Assembly: GCF_018350175.1 (NCBI RefSeq)
Contig: NC_058382.1
Coordinates: 53,136,001 to 53,200,000 of the forward strand
Source of the DNA: Felis catus
Taxonomy: Eukaryota
Length of the DNA: 64,000 bases
Direction: 5' to 3'
Made by a program: the position numbers and the translations under genes. A model generated the notes under the pieces. The model did no database searches, was not told the DNA's origin, and worked only from the letters and a program-made list of their open reading frames with translations. Shown piece by piece: positions 49,010-60,260 of this stretch; the stretch's first letter is position 1, and the number at the start of each line of letters is the position of its first letter.

Positions 49010-49231
49010 TTTTTAATTTTTTTTAATGTTTTTATTTATTTTTGAGACAGGCAGGGAGAGACAGAGCATGAACAGGGGAGGGTCAGAGAGAGGGAGACAC
49101 AGAATCGGAAACAGGCTCAAGGCTCTGAGCTGTCAGCACAGAGCCCGATGCGGGGCTCAAACTCATGGACCGCGAGATCGTGACCTGAGCCGAAGTCGGC
49201 CGCTTAACCGACTGAGCCACCCAGGCGCCCC
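49010..49231 (-). mobile_element. CAN-SINE, young
   Basis: Perfect 14-bp TSD tagataaatgtttt at 48996-49009 and 49232-49245. Confidence 0.97.
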
Positions 49232-49654
49232 TAGATAAATGTTTTAAAACAATCAAGTGTTCAAGTTTTTGAGTCTGGTACTAAAATGGAAAGAAAACTA
49301 ACTTGATTCCAATGTGTGGTTGCTAATAATACTAGGATTCATTAACCCGTTATGACACCATCATAAATGAAGACTTGTTTCTTATTTCATAGACTTATGT
49401 CCATTAAGGTTGTTATTACTTTCTCTGCTAAGAGGTGAGCACAGGACATCGGTCCATGTTAAGTATATGTAATTTATATGCAAATTACACGCCGGCCAAG
49501 GTGGGATTCATGCGGAATTACCTGATTTTGAGGACGGCTACGAAAGAAACGGGCAGAACTTTTGTAAATGCTCTGTACTTCTTAAGAAAACTAAAATAAT
49601 AATAAAGCTCTACCCCGACATTGAAAAGTTAACGCTTTTGAAAGTTAATGCTGA

Positions 49655-49860
49655 GGGGTTTCTGGGTGGCCCAGTCGGTTAAGCTTCCAAATCTTGGTTT
49701 CATCTCAGGTCATGATCTCAGGGTTTGTAGGTTCGAGCCCTGTGTCAGGCTCCAAGCTGAGAGTGCGGAGCCTGCTTGGGATTCTCTCTCTCCTTCTCTC
49801 TCTGCCCCTCCCCTGCTCGTTTTGTCTCTCAAAGTAAATAAACTTAAATAAAAAAAAAAC
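49655..49860 (+). mobile_element. CAN-SINE
   Basis: TSD ttaatgctga at 49645-49654 and 49862-49871. Confidence 0.95.
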
Positions 49861-50008
49861 CTTAATGCTGAAAAGCAGGAACAAGGCAGCATGGTGGCCA
49901 GCCAACAGATACTAGTTCTAATTTGGATTCTACCACGAGCCAGCTGAAAGCAGTATGCCCCCTAAGCCTGGGTTTCTCTCTCCATAAGGTGGGAACGATC
50001 CCACCACC

Positions 50009-50256
50009 CACAGACACATTATAATTTCTGGGGACACTAGGCACTTTTGCCTTCATGAGTGCCTCCTCCATTAAAAATATTAAAAATTCTAGTACTTTGT
50101 GACTATGTGGTGTGAAGATGAATATAATCCAGGCTGGGTTGTATTCATTTGTTCCTGCGGATTTTAAAATAAATTAAAACGCTGATACGGGATCCCAAAA
50201 GGATCTTGAGTCTTAGGCGCTGTGTCTGCTGTGCCCAAATGAAGAAGTCGGCTCCG
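50009..50256 (-). mobile_element. hAT-Tip100-type non-autonomous DNA transposon (ORSL-like)
   Basis: ctaggcacttttgccttc...aaaaatattaaaaatt...gaatataatccaggctgg...gattttaaaataaattaaaac...taggcgctgtgtctgctgtgcc...aagtcggc; family name is from memory. Confidence 0.6.
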
Positions 50257-50392
50257 GCCTCCCCTGCTCCCAGGAATTGCCAGCCAGGACCCCAGGAGGT
50301 GACGCGAGCAAGTGGGGGCCACATAACAAACGCACTATGGCTGTTGTTGATTATGTGCTGATACACATACCTTTCAAAAATCAAAACAGTTG

Positions 50393-50596
50393 GGGGCGCC
50401 TGGGTGACTCAGTTGATTAAGCGTCCGACCTTGGCTCAGGTCATGATCTCACTGTTTGGGGGTTCGAGCTCCACATCGGGCTCTGTGCTAACAACTTGGA
50501 GCCTGGAGCCTGCCTGGGATTCGGTGTCTCCCCCTCTCTGCCCCTCTCCCCTCTCTAACTCAAAAATACAAACGTTAATTTTTTTTCTAATAAAAT
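50393..50596 (+). mobile_element. CAN-SINE
   Basis: ggggcgcctgggtgactcag head and typical body. Confidence 0.94.
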
Positions 50597-52210
50597 AAAG
50601 ATCGAAACATTCGTGTTATAGCCAATTTGTCAAGTTATGCCTCTAAAAATTATAAAATAAAAGCTGTTCCCATTCAAGTCCTAATATCCACACATTTTCA
50701 TTAGAGGAAACAAGAGTACACAAAAACGAACACAAAAGGAGAAAATAAAAATCGCTCAATATGCTCTTACCCAGAACTGACAATTCCTAATGCTTTAATA
50801 GACACCCTTATGCTCTTTGCTTGTTTATATAAGGGTGATCTTAGTTGTAAGAGAATTGAAACACAGTCTACACACTTTTTTTGTAACTACTTTTTCCCCA
50901 CCTACCCAAAGAGGATATCTGCCATCATATTAATTATTCTTTCAATACCAGCTTAATATTCTAACATTCCATATTATAAAAGCACCCACATTCATTTATA
51001 CGATCTCCTCTCACCCAACATTCCCATCTTTTTTTTTAATTTACCACGATAGACAATGTGGTGATGAACAACCCTGTGGCCACAAGTCCATGATGGCGTT
51101 TTTTATTTTTAAAACGAAATTCCTGTGGGCTTAACACTATCTGGAGTGTGGCCTCCCTGAGTAAAAAAAAAAAAGATCTTACTACACAGTTGGAGGAGGA
51201 GACCCGCGAAAATAAAGCGCAAAATTAATGGCCCGGTTCCTCGTCAACAAACAGGGTCCTGGGGCCAGAAAGTTCGTCTTGGCCACAGGGCGGGAGCTGA
51301 GCTGGAGAAGGGAACAATGTTCCGCATGCTTTTCTCGTTTGGATTTAAAACCCAGGGGATTTGAAAGTCAGTTAATAACCCCAAAACTTGTTAGTTACCG
51401 ACCACTGCTAATAAGAAAAAAAAAGTTAATTTATAAGTTAGAACATTCACTTGGACTCTTCATGTTCTTCCTGATTTTACCGCGGTTACAAAATCTGGGA
51501 GTCCAGCCCTATTAGCTGGGTAATGCTGCACAAGGTCCTTGCGCCAAAATTTCTTCTCTCTAAAACCGGGAAATAAAACCTACAGTCCACAATTTGGGAG
51601 GGCTGAGTCAGAGAGTAGTACCATGGGGCCAGCGCAGTGCCAGGCACATAGTAAGTCCACAAAACCATTAGCCTCTGCCCCCCACCCCCCTCCCTTGCTC
51701 AGCAGAATCGTCTGTGAGGACTTCCCCAGTCAACCTGGATGTAAACTGGATGATGTGTTGAAAAGCTTTTGCGGTGCTGTAGCCACAAAAGCCGAAAGAA
51801 CTGGTGATGATCACTTACAATGATCCTTTGCAATCTTCTTCCTCTGAGTTAACTCATCTTTTTACTTTGTCTTTCAGTCAGAAAAGACATTTGGCCTTTT
51901 GAGGGAAGATGAAGGGGGGGCCAGTTCAACTGGGAACACCTACTACTTTTGACTTTTGAGCATGAACTACATTCCAGGAGAGGAGGAAACTTCCTTACAG
52001 GGAAGTCGCAGAGCGGATTTCATCATTCCCATTTAACAGAGAAGAAAATGGAGACTGGGAAAGGCTGGAAAACCTGCTTTGTATCACAGAGCCAATAAAT
52101 GCCAGAAGCAGAATCAAACCACAACTCAGCCCCGACTCCCCCCCCCCCCACGTGAATCACTTCCTGAGTTCTTATCATGTAGCGAACACTGTGCTCAGTT
52201 ACCTTCCTAC

Positions 52211-52285
52211 CTTCTACATGCTTCTAGATACTACTAGATGCTTCTAGATACTACTAGATGCTTCTAGATACTACTAGATGCTTCT
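52211..52285. repeat. Minisatellite: three perfect copies of cttctagatactactagatg (52221-52280) with a 10-bp sub-period
   Basis: Directly visible. Confidence 0.95.
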
Positions 52286-52294
52286 GGGTGGTTG

Positions 52295-53144
52295 TTTTTT
52301 TTTTTTTTTTAACGGAGATAAAATTGACATAACCTTGTACGTTTCAGGGGTGTGACACAATGATTCAATATTTGTATATCTTGTAAAATGATCACCCAGG
52401 TAAGTCCGGTTAACATCCAACACCACTCATAGTTACAATTTTTTTTTCTTACGATGAGACGTTTCAAGATCTTCTCTCCTAGATACTTGCAAATGTGCCA
52501 TATAGTATTATTTGCTACGGTCATCATGTAAGATACCTTACAGGAATGTATATTGTAATATACATTACATTCTCATGACATTGCTTTTACAGCTGGAAAT
52601 TTCTACCTTTTGACTCTCTTCATACACATCCCAAACTCCCCTTCCCCACCCCCCCCCCCCCACACACACCTCAGGCAACCACCAATCTGTTCTCTACAAC
52701 CATGAGACTGGTTTGGGGTTTGTTTGCTTGTTTTTTACGTTCCACCTATAACTCAGATCACGTGATGTTCGTCTTTCTCGGTCTGATTTATTTCACTTAG
52801 CGTGACGCCCTCAAGGTCCTTCTGTGTTGCGGCCATTTGCAAGACTCCATTCTTTTTTATGTCTGAGTAATATTCCATTGTGTATCTACCACAATTCCTT
52901 TACCCATTCATCCATCAGGGGGCACTTGGGTTGTTTCCGGATCTTGGCTGTTGTAAATAAGGCTGCCATGAACACGCGAGTGCACCTATCTTTCCAAGTT
53001 AGTGTTTTCGTTTTCTTTGGATAAATACCCAGTAGTGGATTTGCTGGATTATATGGTAATTCTCTTTTGAATCTTTTGAGGAACTTCCTTACTGTTTTCG
53101 GTAGCAACTACACCAACTTCTATCCCCAGCAACAGCACACAAGG
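52295..53144 (-). mobile_element. L1 3' fragment (L1MA9/early carnivore-type): ORF2 C-terminus plus 3' UTR
   Basis: ORF 52886-53107 ELPYNPANPLLGIYPK...KDRCTRVFMAALFTTAK..KQPKCPLMDEWVKELW matches the L1 ORF2p C-terminus; poly-T at about 52295-52310. Confidence 0.92.
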
Positions 53145-53197
53145 CATCTTCTAGATAGGATACTCCTAGATATTTCTAAGCATTTTTACCTGCTAGC

Positions 53198-53660
53198 CCT
53201 GAGCTATCCAAGAGGTGGCTACTGAGCCCTTGAAACGTAAGCAGTGCCACTGAGGAGCTGATTTTTTATTTCATTTACTTCTATAATGGAGTTAAACTTA
53301 ACTACTAATACTTAAGTTCGTTATTGGAAAACTTTTAAGTACGTTTGGAAAAACTTGGGGAGGTGAATCTACTTCGACTGTAAACATTACGAAATCTAAA
53401 TACAGATCAAGTATTTCTGATAAAATTGTAGCATCCCACGGAAGACGTGTTACAAGTATACAAAACGCACACTGGACCTGGAAGATTTAGCATGAAAAAG
53501 AGGAATAAAATATCTACTTCACATTTATATACTGATTACAGGGTGAAATGATAATATTTTGGATATAGTGAGTTAAATAAAGTTCATTAATATAATAAGT
53601 TCGGCCCGTTCGATCTTACCTTACCTCATGTGACTAATCAAACCTCTGAAATTACAAACG
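53198..53660. mobile_element. Charlie1-family hAT DNA transposon (internally deleted)
   Basis: gtggctactgagcccttgaaa...ttattggaaaacttttaagtacgtttggaa...gaaatctaaatacagatcaagtatttctgat...tgaaatgataatattttggatata. Confidence 0.75.
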
Positions 53661-53719
53661 GGTATTGGTTGTTTTACACGGGCACACCTCCAACACCCTA
53701 TACTTTTAGATTCTTTCTG

Positions 53720-54293
53720 AAATTTTCTCCAGGCTCTAATCCTGCTCCATAGTCAGTCCCAATGTGTCAAGTGAGACTCTGCCTCCAGCTCCAGAATAAA
53801 ACAGGTCATGCGACCCACGGTCGAAGGATCAGAAAACCAATTTTCCTCAGATAGGAGTGGGATTCAAGGGTCTAGCCATTCAGCCGACGTTGACCATCCT
53901 CATGGTCACGGGGACTGGTTCACAGAAGGACATGTGCCCTAGGTTAATCTAACCAAAGTCAATCCAAATATATCTAGATGGAAGGTTCATAGGAATGATG
54001 CTTTTTTCCTCCAGGGTCTGCTAACAGGAAGGACGGTGTGAACTTGGAGCTGCTAGAGCCCATACTTAGAGCATAGAATGAAGTCCTAAAAAGACGCTGA
54101 CACAAAAAACAGGCATCACTGAGAGATGCAATGAAACCCCCCCCCACATGACATCACTTGAGCCCCTGGATCAAACCACACCTGAAGCCCATATGTACAT
54201 ATTCCTGATTCGCATGAGCCACCAAACTACCTTGTTTTCTGCTCAGGCCAAATGAGCTGTATTCCTGTCATTGGTACCAAAAGTCCAGGATAC
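53720..54293 (+). mobile_element. Old MaLR LTR (MLT1K-like)
   Basis: gactggttcacagaaggacatgtg...ttggagctgct...tgacatcacttgagcccctggatcaaaccacacctgaagcc...catgagcca...ctgtcattg. Confidence 0.7.
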
Positions 54294-54829
54294 TGTCCTC
54301 CTTCCTTTAGATTTGTCCTGAGGACCACATAGGATAATGGGTAGGAAACTCCTAGGCAATTATATGCTATTCCACCTATCAACTATCATTGTGGTTTTAG
54401 AAGAGAAAGAAAAAAATAAACACAAAGGGCAGGCAACCTGAGCAAAGCCCACCATCAACGACTCGAGCTACGAATCAAAACCTAGCTTTGGAAAGAGCCC
54501 CATTCAGTACACTTGGCCCCCGTGGCTGGTTATCTCATCCAGCTACTACTGGGTACACTTCGACTGTCCACCTGCTGTGCCCTGGGCTGCCCCAAACATC
54601 TGCTGCCACCTTCCCTGGGCTCGAACAACACCATTCGTCCGCCATTTCTACCTGGTTCTTCCCGCAGACGATTCTGATGTTGCGTATTCATTTTTTCCCA
54701 TTCATTTGCTTGTTTACTTATTTGGAGCGGGTGATGTCAGCCCAGTAATCTGGGTCTGTGTTTGGAGAGCTCGCATGTGTAGGCGGGCTCTCTCTCTCAG
54801 GTTACAGTCAAGGGTGCTCCTTCCCCCCA

Positions 54830-55172
54830 CCTTGAAGGCCCTGCCTGAAGACCCCCTCAGACCTCATCCTCTCCATTTTTCTCCCCTCCACCTGCTGCTT
54901 TCCGCCTCTTCTTTTGGGATTCAGTTGCCTGAGGAGCCTCTCCTGACAGCTCCTGGCGGGCCTCTGTGCTCCCCTCTGACTCTCCATCCCGGCCCCCGTT
55001 ATGCGGGTGAGAAGCTATTCTGTTTGTCTGTCTAGCCAGCTCTCCAGTAGACAGCGACATCCTGAGGGCAGGAATCGGACTGGCTTCGGCTCCCTGCCTC
55101 TCTAAACTGGGGCTGTAGGGGCTGGAGCCTCGGGGATGACTCGCAGGTATAAAACGAGCAAATGAATGGAAC
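54830..55172 (+). mobile_element. L2 3' fragment
   Basis: tgtttgtctgtct...tagacagcgacatcctgagggcaggaa...aaatgaatgga. Confidence 0.6.
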
Positions 55173-55529
55173 CAAGTGACCAAGAGCCCTCCTGATCTTT
55201 CAGACCTTCCTGGGTGCCCCAAAGCTCTTCTGTTGCCAAGCAACTTCCGCCGAGTCTCTGTTGATGCTTAAAAACTACAGGGGTTTGGGGGTTCCTGGTC
55301 TCCCCACCAAGGCCTGGAGGCGGTGTGAGTCACCTGAGACAATGGAGGGGTCCCAGAGGCCTCAGCCCTAGGCATGGGCAGCACCAGCCAATGGTTAGAC
55401 CTGTTTTCTGCAACCACCTCTAACTGGCCACCAGGTCAATAGTCGGCTGTGTCAAGGACAAATGTTATGAAGACCATGGCGTTACCTTGGAATCTTTCAA
55501 AGTGACATTTTCCCTTTAATTGTGAGCTT

Positions 55530-55745
55530 GGGAGGATGGGGAGGGGGGAAGGGAGGGAGACTGAAGGAGGGAGGAAGCAAGGGGAAGGAGGGAGACAGGG
55601 AGGAAGGGAGGTTGAAAAGAGAGAGGGAGAAAGAAAGAGAAACAAAGAAAAAGGAAGGAAGGAAGGAAGGAAGGAAGGAAGGAAGGAAGGAAGGAAGGAA
55701 GGGAGGGAGGGAGGGAGGGAGGGAGGGAGGGAGGGAAGAAGGAAG
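55530..55745. repeat. Polypurine tract containing (GGAA)12 (55653-55700) and (GGGA)9 (55701-55736)
   Basis: Directly visible. Confidence 0.95.
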
Positions 55746-58700
55746 CACTGTCTTCTCCCTAGAGATCACAGGAGAGGGATGGGACCCGGGGTTACCAGAG
55801 GCCACGATACAACAACAGCTGCCATCAGAACATGTCCTGTGATGGACAGAGAAAGAGACGCTCCGTGGAATGCATGAATAAGTCACTCTGGAAATAGTGC
55901 ATTTCAAGTCCATCACTGGGCAAGAACCAGGCTGAGATGTGCTGTAAACAACATGATGTCTTTAAATGTCTACTGGAGCTAATTAAGTTGGAAGTGGGGA
56001 CATTTAGATGCTTTTCTTTGGCACATCCTTGGAGGGTTACCTTGGGGCCTTATTCGGGAACGTCATCTCCCAGAATTAAAAAAGAAAAACTCTGTGGCCC
56101 TCACCCTGCACTGGCCCATCTCCGGGCAAGTTCAGTCATGAGTCAACACAAATCTCCTGCCCAACAGCCCGATACCTGCTGGCAAAGAACAAACGGACAC
56201 GAAACGGGACCGGTGGAGATGACAGAATCTGCAATCTTCTGTGTGTCTCTTCTTCCTCTCCCTGCCCCATCTGCCTGGCTGTTTCTCCCCTCTGAGGAGC
56301 ACTGCCCTTTCCTGATGCTATAAGCTGAAGTAATTTGCTTTTCATTAGGACCACAGTCATTTCCAGAAGAGAGGGGAAAGCAGGCTGGCTCTTCAAAGTT
56401 CAAGTGGATTTGATGCGCGCGGTAAACTCAGATCACACTGGGGGTAGCCAAGCTGAGTGGCTTGTCCCTAATGTTCTGGGCTCCTCACTCTGGTCAACAA
56501 GGGTCTACTCGTATGCAGCACCAGTTAATAGGTCAGAAGGGGTGCGGCGAAGGGGGAACCGCGACCCCCCGGTTCCCTCTTACCTGGTGCTGAAATTATC
56601 CGGTTGACGGGGTCGTGCTCTCCTGCAATGCACCTGCCTGGTATCATGGTCAACGCACCATTCAAACCCTCTTCCCTGCAGCTCAGCTCCCCCAGCCCCA
56701 CCCGGGATGGGTATCTCCATAATTTGCAGTTTTTGCTGGAAGAACTTCAGCCGTTTGTTGGGGGTGGCAAAGAGAAGAGAAAGGGACAGGAACACAGGCT
56801 TTGCGGCCTTGACCCCCCCCAGCATCTTCCACCCGGAGTTCTGGGCTGGGGACCAAGTCTTCCTGCCTCCCTGTGGTTCCAGGCCAGGTGTCCACCGCGG
56901 CCCCTTCCTTCCAGAAGTCGCACCCGGGAGCCTCAACATAGCTTCCACTCTGGCTTTCCGCTCCCTTCTCCCTGCTCCCCGTACCCACACATTTTATGAC
57001 GATAATTGGAAGGGAAAGAAAGGTAGCAGCTTTGTTTACAGTGCAATTAACATCTGAATAATTTACTAGGAAATAATCCGGAGCTATATTCAGCACATAG
57101 AGCCTGCTCCCTTTCTAAAACCAGCTTGGAATCCTTAGAGGCGGGACTGTCTGCCCCCTTCCCCTGGGCTGAGCTGGGTCTCCGTTGGACAACCGGCCAC
57201 TGACATCAGTACCTCCCTGCTTCTGACAAACCCCAACTGGAAATTCTCAGGAAGACCCCTCTCCCCGCACGGGGAGCCCTGCGGTTCCTGCGCCCCCTCT
57301 GCCCGGGCCTGCCCCCCGTCCCACCGCCTCACCAAGGCCACCTCCGCTTCCAGATGGCTTCTGTGCCTGGCACGGAGCCCATCTGGAAGAAAAGCCTGGT
57401 GGGGGTTAAGAGTGAGAGGCCCAATGCCTGGTGATGATCACAGGAGGCTGACTCACGACTCCCCTGCTCCACGGGGCCCTGCCCAACCCCCGCCTCGGGA
57501 GATCCGCACGTCCGAATGAGTTGGCACAAAGAAAGCAACTTAGGACGTGGGCCTGGCAGGGGAGAGGGTGCTGTCTGCATGAATAGCACCCGGCTTACCC
57601 CTCCAGCTGGCTTTGATTTCACCAAATAAGCTTCTGGTTCACCAAATAAGCACAATCCTGCTCCGTCATGCTAACCGTGCCCTAGAGCTGCTGTCCTGCT
57701 TCCAAACACATAGCTGGGCTTTGCTTTGCCCACTGGCCTTGGCCTTGGCCCTCCTTCCCCTCTCCCTCCTTTTCCACCAGACCCTAAGGTGGCTCGTCCT
57801 CGCCGTTACGACCTCTTAAGACAGCGGACATTCAGAGTCCTTCCAGGGAGACCAGGAAGATGCTCTTGGATCCACACCCGCACTCCTTTCTACGGCTCCC
57901 GATTCTTCATCCCGGGCCACCCAACTCCCTGCCAGACCCAGGGGGCTCACGGGGGCCTGTGCCACGCACAGCCCTTCTGCCGCCCTGCCACTAAGCACTG
58001 TAGGAAGGTAACGACACTTTGGACTGTGGGTGTAGATCGGAGCTCGGGTTGGGGCAGTGGGGATTCTTGCCAGGAACACTGTGACAGGGAGTAGAGTTCT
58101 CTCCGTGAGACACCCTGGACAAAGTGACTTAAATCCAAGCAGGTAAATAGTTAATCGGTCTCTTGCACGTTTTGGGAACTTACAGGGCTGCAAGTACCCC
58201 CCCCCACCCCAGTGCTTTTATTTAAATGAGAATGCGGTGCCCCTTCCTCTGGGCAAAGGGAGCCCCTCCCCCACTTGCCAGGGCGCGTAGTTCAGTGATT
58301 CATATGCAGGTTGGATTTCCATCCTCACTTGGCCCCTTAGCTGAGTGCCTCTGTGCAGTGTACAACCTACTCAACCATACAGAGCACCCCAAGTACCTGG
58401 TAAAGGAAAGCGGCGTGGTGGTGAGCCATGAGTCCTGAAGTCTAACACGCAGGCTGAAAATGGTAAAGACCAAGGTTTGTGGAGCCAGCAGCACGGATTC
58501 GAATTCCACCCCGCTCACATACTAGCCAAATAACATTACACAAGTTGTTTAATTTCTCTGTACCTCGGCTTCTTCATTTGTGTAGCGAGCACAAAACAGA
58601 TCTTAAGAGTGTGCATTCATCCACTATCCACATCCTTATTAAATATTTAAATATTCCCAGGCCCTTCACTGATAGCAAACTCCGGACAAATCATTTCATC

Positions 58701-58819
58701 TCTCTGGCGTGTTGATTTGATTCGGAGAGATTTTACTGAAGGTGTCTCTTTGAAGTTGTAATTGGACGCTCTGTCTCTTTCTCTCGAAAATAAATAAATG
58801 TTAAAAAAAAAAATTTATA

Positions 58820-59040
58820 GGGGCGCCTGAGTGGCGCAGTCGGTTAAGCGTCCGACTTCAGCCAGGTCACGATCTCGCGGTCCGGGAGTTCGAGCCCCGC
58901 GTCGGGCTCTGGGCTGATGGCTCGGAGCCTGGAGCCTGTTTCCGATTCTGTGTCTCCCTCTCTCTCTGCCCCTCCCCCGTTCATGCTCTGTCTCTCTCTG
59001 TCCCAAAAATAAATAAAAACAAACGTTGAAAAAAAAAAAT
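58820..59040 (+). mobile_element. Young SINEC_Fc-type SINE (copy A of cluster)
   Basis: gtggcgcagtcggttaagcgtccgacttcagccaggtcacgatctcgcgg; CpGs intact; TSD aaaaaaatttata at 58807-58819 and 59041-59053. Confidence 0.97.
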
Positions 59041-59066
59041 AAAAAAATTTATAAAGTGGGGGCGGT

Positions 59067-59293
59067 GGGGCGCCTGGGTGGCGCAGTCGGTTAAGCGTCC
59101 GACTTCAGCCAGGTCACGATCTCGCGCGCGTGAGTTCGAGCCCCGCGTCAGGCTCTGGGCTGATGGCTCGGAGCCTGGAGCCTGTTTCCGATTCTGTGTC
59201 TCCCTCTCTCTCTGCCCCTCCCCCGTTCATGCTCTGTCTCTCTCTGTCCCAAAAATAAATTTAAAAAAAACGTTGAAAAAAAAAACTAAAAAA
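59067..59293 (+). mobile_element. Young SINEC_Fc-type SINE (copy B of cluster)
   Basis: Nearly identical to copy A; flanked by aaaaaaatttataaagtgggggcgg at 59041-59065 and 59294-59318. Confidence 0.97.
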
Positions 59294-59316
59294 AAAAAAA
59301 TTTATAAAGTGGGGGC

Positions 59317-59520
59317 GGGTGCCTGGGTGGCTCAGTCTGTTGAGCGTCCGACTTCGGCTCGGGTCGTGATCTCCCAGCTCGTGAGTTCGAGTCCCGCGTC
59401 GGGCTCTGCGCCAACAGCTCGGAGCCTGGAGCCTGCTTCGGATTCTGGGTCTCTCTCTCCTCCACTCACACTCTGTCTCTTTCTCTCAAAAATAAACGTT
59501 AAAAAAAATTTTTTTTAAAA
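59317..59520 (+). mobile_element. Older CAN-SINE (copy C of cluster)
   Basis: gggtgcctgggtggctcagtc head, more diverged body, A-tail. Confidence 0.95.
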
Positions 59521-59784
59521 GAAGTCGTAATTGGAGACCTTCACCAACGCGTGTGCCCTCCTCCTGACACGCTCTAGCTCGTGCTCGGACTTGAGCATCC
59601 CGCTTTTGCACACCTCGACTCGTCCCTTGTTTGCAGCATGAACACCAGCAGCTGAAGAGGTCACGGCCTTTCTGCACCGAGAAACAGGACTTCACGTTAC
59701 TTCTCAGGAGTTCCCATGTGAGGGGCTCATCGAGAGAATCACACGGTGTGGTGGACGCTGGGCAGAGCATGGTCCCTTACGATG

Positions 59785-60260
59785 TGTCATGGGGTGAACT
59801 GTGCCCCCTTGGCCCCCAAAGTCGTAAGTCCAAGTCCCAACCCCCAGGACCTCCGAATGTGACCGTGTTCGGAAAGAGGATCTGGGCAGATTCGTCAGTT
59901 AAGATGCGGTCGCACTGGAGTACGATGAGCCCCCTTCCAGCGACTGCTGTCCTCATAAGAAGGGGAGATTTGGGGACAGATGCTCACACAGAGAGAACCC
60001 CAGGTGAACACAAAGGCAGACACGGGGGGGACGGTCCACAAACCAAGGAACACCAGTGGCCTTGGTGATGGCCAGGGAACCCCCGGAAACCAAGGGAGAA
60101 GCTGCAACGCATTCTCGCTCCCAGCCTTCCGAAGGAACCAACCCTACAGACACCTGAATCTCGGACGTCTGGCCCCCAGCACCGTGAGACGATACGTTTC
60201 TGTCTCTCAAGCCGCCCGGACCGTGGCTCTTTGTCATGGTGGCCCTAACAGACTAAGTAC
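59785..60260 (+). mobile_element. MaLR solo LTR, MLT1C-like
   Basis: tgtcatggggtgaactgtgcccc...gaatgtgaccgtgttcggaaa...gtcctcataagaagggga...aaggaaccaaccctacagacacc...tttgtcatggtggccctaacagactaa. Confidence 0.88.

Noticed and set aside
52211..52285. CRISPR-like array
   Set aside because: Head-to-tail tandem repeat without unique spacers, in a mammalian context
52886..53107. L1 ORF2p-like ORF as an active element
   Set aside because: About 850-bp 5'-truncated, diverged fragment lacking promoter, ORF1, endonuclease and RT
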